From an uncultured Nitrososphaeria archaeon (GTDB taxonomy: Archaea; Thermoproteota; Nitrososphaeria; Geothermarchaeales; JDFR-13): a stretch of 64,000 nt of DNA. This document shows, piece by piece, positions 58,735-64,000 of this stretch. The notes under the pieces were generated by a model. The model searched no databases, was not told the origin of the DNA, and worked only from the letters and a program-made list of their open reading frames with translations. Both the position numbers and the translations under genes were made by a program. The stretch spans positions 2,245 through 66,244 of the forward strand of contig CAZGXJ010000003.1 of NCBI GenBank assembly GCA_964529905.1. Direction: 5' to 3'. Every line of letters begins with the position of its first letter. The first letter of the stretch is position 1.

Positions 58735-60162
58735 CTACTCTACACAACACGGCATCAAATCAATCCTCCTTATAAATGCCTGGGCCGAAGCCTTAACCAA
58801 TTCAGATACTGTTGGGAATACCTGGATTACATCTATTACATCCCCAACTCTATATCCATGTTTAATATATAGGGATCCCTGTAGGATGATCTCAGATGCA
58901 TAGGGGGATAAGACGTGTAGCCCCTTTATAACACCTGTATATGGATCAACAATTATCTTTGCATATCCCTCAGTATTGTTTAATATGGAGGATTTAGGCA
59001 TATTTTTAAATCTTACTCCTCTACAGGCACATGCACCCAGCCTATCCATAACCTCCTTCTCAGTTAGACCTACATATGCTAGTTCAGGATCGGTAAATAC
59101 TACTACGGGTATTGATCCATAATCGATTGGGGTTGGGTTATTCCCAGTCATACTTATAGCAGCCACTACACCTTCCCTAGCTGCTATCGTCTCTAGTAGG
59201 GCTGGTTTGGGAGATCCAGCCACATCTCCAGCAGCATATATGTTGGGATTAGATGTCTCCATCTTCTCATTTACCTTTATAAAGCCTCTCCCATCAACCC
59301 TAACACCCGCATTTTCCAATCTCAAAGCATCTGTATTAGGTTTCCTCCCAGTAGCTATGAATAGCATCTCAGCATCAATAAACAATTTGCCTTCGTTACC
59401 TGATGCCTCAACAACAATCTCTCCATTTTTCTTTTCCACCTTCACAACCCTCGTCTTGAAATGGAATTTGACACCTTCTCTCGATAAGATGTCTACAAGC
59501 ATCCTCGATATCTCAGGTTCAGTGGATGGTATAGGCCTGTCTAAAACCTCGATTACATGTACGTCTACACCTAGCCTAGCGAATGCCTGTGAGAGTTCTA
59601 ATCCAATGGCTCCTGAGCCTACAACAACCATTTTAGATGGTATATCCTCAATCATCCATATGTTATCAGTCGTATAATATTTTACATTCTCAATACCCTC
59701 AATAATTGGGATAAATGGCCTAGAACCAGTAGCTATAAGAATCTTTCCACCTTCAACTATATTCTCTCCATCCCCTTCAACAATGATTTTATTCGGTGAT
59801 TGGAATCTCGCATATCCCTCAATAAAATCCACGTTTTCATAGTTCTTCAATATCTCTTCATACTTATCCCTTCTTAATCTATTTACTAACTCCCTGATTG
59901 AAGAGAATATCTTCTCAGTATCTATATTGAACTCCCTCACCTCCACTCCTCTATCTATAAACCTATTTAGATTCTTTACATGTTTGGCAATTTCAATAAT
60001 TGTTTTTGAGGGTACACATCCAGTATTTACACATGTACCCCCTAAGGGACCCTTTGAAACGAGTAGGATATTCGATTTTCCATCTGTCAACTCACTTATC
60101 TTTACTATTGATGAGAAGCCTGCAGCACCTCCACCTATAACTATATAGTCATATTTCTTCAT
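58735..60162 (-). CDS. merA: Class I pyridine nucleotide-disulfide oxidoreductase, probable mercuric reductase MerA (no HMA domain)
   Basis: GGTCVNTGCVPSK redox-active disulfide. Both FAD and NAD Rossmann motifs. C-terminal vicinal cysteines (...MPCCVE), characteristic of MerA rather than dihydrolipoamide dehydrogenase. Confidence 0.55.
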   Translation of the reverse strand: MKKYDYIVIGGGAAGFSSIVKISELTDGKSNILLVSKGPLGGTCVNTGCVPSKTIIEIAKHVKNLNRFIDRGVEVREFNIDTEKIFSSIRELVNRLRRDKYEEILKNYENVDFIEGYARFQSPNKIIVEGDGENIVEGGKILIATGSRPFIPIIEGIENVKYYTTDNIWMIEDIPSKMVVVGSGAIGLELSQAFARLGVDVHVIEVLDRPIPSTEPEISRMLVDILSREGVKFHFKTRVVKVEKKNGEIVVEASGNEGKLFIDAEMLFIATGRKPNTDALRLENAGVRVDGRGFIKVNEKMETSNPNIYAAGDVAGSPKPALLETIAAREGVVAAISMTGNNPTPIDYGSIPVVVFTDPELAYVGLTEKEVMDRLGACACRGVRFKNMPKSSILNNTEGYAKIIVDPYTGVIKGLHVLSPYASEIILQGSLYIKHGYRVGDVIDVIQVFPTVSELVKASAQAFIRRIDLMPCCVE

Positions 60163-60242
60163 GTATCTAGTAGATTCCCCGAATTAGATATAAATGGAAT
60201 TAATCAGCTATGTGTATCTCCCCCTTACCCCTACAAATTTTT

Positions 60243-61244
60243 TCAAAGTGGTGTTAATGCTGTATTTAGATCAATAATCATCTCACCGATATCCGCAGAA
60301 TATTCACATATTCTCTTACCACTATCCAATATTGTATTTAAATGTATTATATTCTCCATTGTAAGTGTCTCCACCTTCCTTAAATCATGTGATATGTTAT
60401 CATATTTTTTGGCGGCCTCCTTCACCCTAGATATTATCTCATTTGCTAGTTTCAAATCCTTCTTTATATATGCATGGTATACTGAGGTGAATATCTCACT
60501 GGTTATATGTAGAAGTGCGTATATTCTCTCCCTTAAATATAGACCCTTTATATCACCCATCTCCATAATCGTATATGCTATTCTCGCGGTATGGTCTACT
60601 ATCCTTTCTAGTGCCTTAGCCATCATAGAGGTTATTATTATCCAGTTTGTATCGACCTTTCCAGACTTTGTCTTCCTAATCATACGTAAGGTATATAAAT
60701 ATAGTCTATCCATATCATCATCGCTCTGTATAATAAACTTGGCGTTCGCCTCGTTAAGACTTATAAATGTCTCTGGCAATGTACTCACTAAGATCTTACC
60801 GAGTTTAAACATTCTGGTTAAGGCAATGTCAAGAGATAATTCCCTCTCCCTTACTAGGGACCTCATCTCAATACTATTCACATCTTCATCTATCACCTCG
60901 AATCCAATCATCTTCTTCATCATCAGCCTCTTTATTAAAGTTCTAAGGTTTTCATTTAATGGCTCAGCCTCTATACGTATTATATCATATCCAGCTAGAT
61001 AGTGGGAAATTATTAGTCTCTCAAGAAGTTTTGGATCTATATCATTTGCCTTTATTATAGCTCTCTCATCAAACTTATCCCCTTCAATGTAGATCGTTAT
61101 TAAATTTTCTTCAACATTTAAGGCGAGGAAATCGCCATCTCTTAACCCATGTTTCTCAATCCACCATTTAGGTAGGGATATTATATATGTAGATCCACCT
61201 GTCCTCTGTATCTTCCTATGTATAATCTTTGTATCCTCCATCAT
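60243..61244 (-). CDS. PhoU-like phosphate uptake regulator with an N-terminal AbrB/SpoVT-like domain
   Basis: N-terminal KIQRTGGSTYIISLPKWWIEKHGLRDGDFLALNV swapped-hairpin motif, followed by PhoU-like helical repeats. Divergent from pstSCA. Confidence 0.55.
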   Translation of the reverse strand: MMEDTKIIHRKIQRTGGSTYIISLPKWWIEKHGLRDGDFLALNVEENLITIYIEGDKFDERAIIKANDIDPKLLERLIISHYLAGYDIIRIEAEPLNENLRTLIKRLMMKKMIGFEVIDEDVNSIEMRSLVRERELSLDIALTRMFKLGKILVSTLPETFISLNEANAKFIIQSDDDMDRLYLYTLRMIRKTKSGKVDTNWIIITSMMAKALERIVDHTARIAYTIMEMGDIKGLYLRERIYALLHITSEIFTSVYHAYIKKDLKLANEIISRVKEAAKKYDNISHDLRKVETLTMENIIHLNTILDSGKRICEYSADIGEMIIDLNTALTPL

Positions 61245-61318
61245 TTCTATATAGTATATATAGTACTCTATATAATTAAAACCCTTTCTATATAGATGAC
61301 TCCCAGATATAATTAGAT

Positions 61319-62374
61319 ATGGTTATGGCTGTGAGCAACGCTAGGCTGTTGATGTTCTCGATATTCGTTGCATTTATATTTGGGATACCGATCGGTGCGA
61401 CCATTCACGATATATATAGTGGTAATAGATATGTAGATCTTACCAGTGGTTCTAGGGGGTTATCTCCTTCATTGTCAGGTGATATCTATATAGATGGTTC
61501 AAGTACTGTATATCCGATTACTGAATATATTGCATCTCTATATATGGATAAGAATCCAGAGGTAAATGTATATGTAGGTATATCTGGTACTGGAGGTGGA
61601 TTTAAAAGGTTTGTCAATGGTGAGACTGATATAAACGATGCATCTAGAAGGATTAAGGATAGTGAGATGGAGTTGGCTATGGATAATGGGGTGGAATACG
61701 TTGTAATACCAGTAGCGATAGATGGGATAGCTATAGTTGTTAATAAGGATAACTACTGGGTTGATTACCTTACTTTGGAAGAGTTGAGGATGTTATGGAG
61801 CCCAGATTCTAAGATTACTAAGTGGAGTGATATTAGGCCGGAATGGCCAGATAAACCCATTAAACTCTATGGCCCAGGCCCAGATTCAGGTACATTCGAC
61901 TTCTTCACAGAGCATGTGGTGGGGGAGGCAGGGGCCTCCAGGATAGATTATGTAGCAAGTGAGGATGATAACTTCATTGTACAGGGAGTAGCTAACGATC
62001 TATATGCATTGGGGTACTTCGGATATGCATATTACATTGAGAATAAGGATAAGTTAAAGGCTGTACCTATAGATGCTGGAGAAGGCCCTATAGAGCCCAC
62101 CATTGAAAACATAATATCATTTAAATATCCATTAAGTAGGCTTCTATACCTATATGTAAACCGAGCCTATCTAGAATCCAAGCCCCAATTGAAGGACTTC
62201 ATCCTATTCTATTTAAGGAATGCCTATGAAGCAGCGTCCTATGTGGGATATGTTCCATTCCCAAAGAGCTATTACGACGCGGCATATGCCTTAATAGATA
62301 ATGGGGTATACATAGGTTTGGAGGAGCTTGCACTTAAATGGGCTCCATCGATAACCCAGTCTAGAGATGAATGA
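61319..62374 (+). CDS. pstS: Phosphate ABC transporter substrate-binding protein
   Basis: Signal anchor and GSSTVYPITEYIAS phosphate-binding motif. Confidence 0.8.
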   Translation: MVMAVSNARLLMFSIFVAFIFGIPIGATIHDIYSGNRYVDLTSGSRGLSPSLSGDIYIDGSSTVYPITEYIASLYMDKNPEVNVYVGISGTGGGFKRFVNGETDINDASRRIKDSEMELAMDNGVEYVVIPVAIDGIAIVVNKDNYWVDYLTLEELRMLWSPDSKITKWSDIRPEWPDKPIKLYGPGPDSGTFDFFTEHVVGEAGASRIDYVASEDDNFIVQGVANDLYALGYFGYAYYIENKDKLKAVPIDAGEGPIEPTIENIISFKYPLSRLLYLYVNRAYLESKPQLKDFILFYLRNAYEAASYVGYVPFPKSYYDAAYALIDNGVYIGLEELALKWAPSITQSRDE

Positions 62375-63272
62375 ATCTATTTATTGGGAGAAGCTTAGGA
62401 GGGAGAAGATATTCAAGTTTTTACCCCTATTAGCTAGTGCTCTCCCCGCATTCTTCTTCTTCATAATAATATCTTTTATCACGTTTGAATCTATGGAGTT
62501 CTTCTCTAGAGTAGATATACTGGAATTCTTTACAGGATTTAAATGGTCTGCACTATTTAAGGATAAGAGTTTTGGCTCCGTCCCCCTTCTATGGTCATCA
62601 TTTGTTATCGCAGGTATAGCTATATTTATCAGCAGTATATTTGGTTTGGGGAGTGCGATTTATATAAGTGAGTATGCATCGGAGAAGTCCCGTAGAATAT
62701 TAAAACCTATGATAGAACTACTTGCAACTGTCCCTACAGTAGTATATGGATTCTTCGCTCTTCAATATGTAACGCCATTTCTAAAGATATTCCTAAAGGA
62801 CATTGAAGTATATAATGCCTTATCAGCTGGAATAATGATGGGTATTATGATTACTCCAATAATATCTTCCCTAGCAGATGATGCACTGTATAATGTTCCC
62901 TACTCCCTTAGGATGGCAGCCTACTCTCTAGGAGCTAGGAAGTCTCAGGCAATTCTAAAAATAGTGTTTAGGGCTGCTCTACCCGGAATTGTCTCTGCCT
63001 ATATATTGGCATTTGCAAGGGCGATTGGAGAGACGATGATAGTTGCTATAGCTGCAGGCTCAAGACCAGTATTTACATTAAATATATTGGAGTCTATGCA
63101 GACGATGACAGGCTATATCGCACAGGTAGCTACAGGAGATGCGCCCTTCGGGACAATTGAATATTATAGTCTATTCGGCATAGCCCTATACCTCCTAGCT
63201 ATAGTCCTAATCTTCATCCTAATCGCCCTCTATATAAGTAGAAGGTTTTCATATGCAGCCTCTAGGATGTGA
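62367..63272 (+). CDS. pstC: Phosphate ABC transporter permease PstC
   Basis: 6-TM permease with an EAA-like loop (AYSLGARKSQAILKIVFRAALPGI). Confidence 0.8.
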   Translation: MNESIYWEKLRREKIFKFLPLLASALPAFFFFIIISFITFESMEFFSRVDILEFFTGFKWSALFKDKSFGSVPLLWSSFVIAGIAIFISSIFGLGSAIYISEYASEKSRRILKPMIELLATVPTVVYGFFALQYVTPFLKIFLKDIEVYNALSAGIMMGIMITPIISSLADDALYNVPYSLRMAAYSLGARKSQAILKIVFRAALPGIVSAYILAFARAIGETMIVAIAAGSRPVFTLNILESMQTMTGYIAQVATGDAPFGTIEYYSLFGIALYLLAIVLIFILIALYISRRFSYAASRM

Positions 63273-63278
63273 TGGTTT

Positions 63279-64000
63279 ATGGAGAGAATACTTAAATATT
63301 TCTCAATGATCTCCCTCATAACCCCAATATTAATCTTAGCATTCTTATTGGTGGAAGTCTTTATATCAGGTTTCAGATTTATCTCATTAGATTTTATATT
63401 AGGTATGCCTTCATACAGGCCTGAGGATATGGGCATATTACCGGCTATCATCGGTTCAATATATATCGTAGGTATGTCAAGCATAATCTCCTTTTTAATG
63501 GGCCTCGGATTATCCATCTATCTCGTGGAATTTGTGGAGAGTAGTAGAGTTAAAGAGTTTGTATACTTCATAGTAGATATATTGGCTGGAGTTCCATCCG
63601 TAATATATGGTTTGGTGGGTTTAGGCTTTATAGGATACCTTCTTGGAGCTGGGAGAAGTGTGTTGACTGGCGTAATTACCATGTCATTCTTAATACTCCC
63701 TCTAACAGTTGTGGCGACGTTAGAGGCATTTAGAGCCATCCCAGACTCATTGAAGATGGCTGCATATTCTCTTGGTGCATCGAGGCTTGAAGTAGTTGAG
63801 AAAATCCTCATTCCTTTAGGAATATCTAGGGCCTTGACTGGAAGTATATTGGCTGTTGCAAGGGCTCTCGGTGAGGCCGCCCCAATCCTGATTATTAGCG
63901 GCTTATTATTTACCAAGAGTATACCAATAAGTCTGTTTGACAATTTTACAGTATTGCCTCTCCTCATTTTCAACCTTGTGACTAGGCCGCAGGAGATATA
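63279..64000 (+). CDS. pstA: Phosphate ABC transporter permease PstA (3' end truncated by the window edge)
   Basis: Hand translation from ATG 63279 gives MERILKYFSMISLITPILILAFLL...AAYSLGASRLEVVEKILIPLGISRALTGSILAVARALGEAAP, with an EAA loop. The ORF runs off the window end. Confidence 0.75.
   Translation, partial: MERILKYFSMISLITPILILAFLLVEVFISGFRFISLDFILGMPSYRPEDMGILPAIIGSIYIVGMSSIISFLMGLGLSIYLVEFVESSRVKEFVYFIVDILAGVPSVIYGLVGLGFIGYLLGAGRSVLTGVITMSFLILPLTVVATLEAFRAIPDSLKMAAYSLGASRLEVVEKILIPLGISRALTGSILAVARALGEAAPILIISGLLFTKSIPISLFDNFTVLPLLIFNLVTRPQEI

Noticed and set aside
60394-61002. 202-aa plus-strand ORF
   Set aside because: Antisense to the PhoU-like regulator gene. No motifs and low complexity.
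1-64000. CRISPR arrays, rRNA and tRNA genes
   Set aside because: No regularly spaced direct repeats were seen. The only repeats are the 10-bp tandem triplet at 40162-40189 and the 52-nt pair 2.7 kb apart. No GC-rich 70-90-nt islands with tRNA-like arms were seen in intergenic DNA. This was a visual scan only, so a covariance-model search could still find small RNAs.

Overview
This window is a 64-kb, AT-rich chromosomal segment that looks like it comes from an aerobic crenarchaeon. That inference rests on the split transketolase, the GHMP-type shikimate kinase, the SoxM-type oxidase subunit I+III fusion with a sulfocyanin-like cupredoxin, the Nre protein, the stomatin/NfeD pair and a class II ribonucleotide reductase. 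Gene density is high and neighbouring genes often overlap by a few bases.

The housekeeping content is as follows:
- A co-directional 11-gene aromatic amino-acid operon: aminotransferase, split transketolase, DAHP synthase, aroB, aroD, aroE, aroK, aroA, aroC, and a chorismate mutase/prephenate dehydrogenase.
- A sulfate-activation cluster: sulfate adenylyltransferase (sat), a DHH phosphoesterase, and an adenylylsulfate kinase (cysC) that carries a frameshift.
- Class II ribonucleotide reductase, malic enzyme, IMP dehydrogenase (guaB), CutA, the tRNA wyosine enzyme Taw1, a stomatin/NfeD pair, and glycosylation genes.
- A terminal oxidase cluster, a MerA-like oxidoreductase, and a PhoU-like regulator divergent from pstSCA.

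The most unusual locus is a translationally coupled pair at 23.9-27.4 kb. It encodes a large, divergent NurA-like nuclease and a HerA-like FtsK/HerA-superfamily ATPase. The pair lies outside the canonical herA-mre11-rad50-nurA context, so it is a candidate for a non-canonical DNA-processing or defence module.

An accessory region at 42.6-52.4 kb holds four vapBC toxin-antitoxin pairs, an orphan vapB, decayed DNA, a probable tnpB remnant and a 52-nt direct repeat that brackets two of the TA pairs. It also holds a trypsin-like (S1) serine protease next to a membrane-anchored surface protein.

Other oddities are a winged-helix domain fused to the transketolase N-terminal subunit, two paralogous small ribbon-helix-helix-like proteins that share a C-terminal RLRSLGYL tail, and a Fpg/Nei DNA glycosylase with Val at position 2.

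No CRISPR array, rRNA or tRNA gene was recognised.
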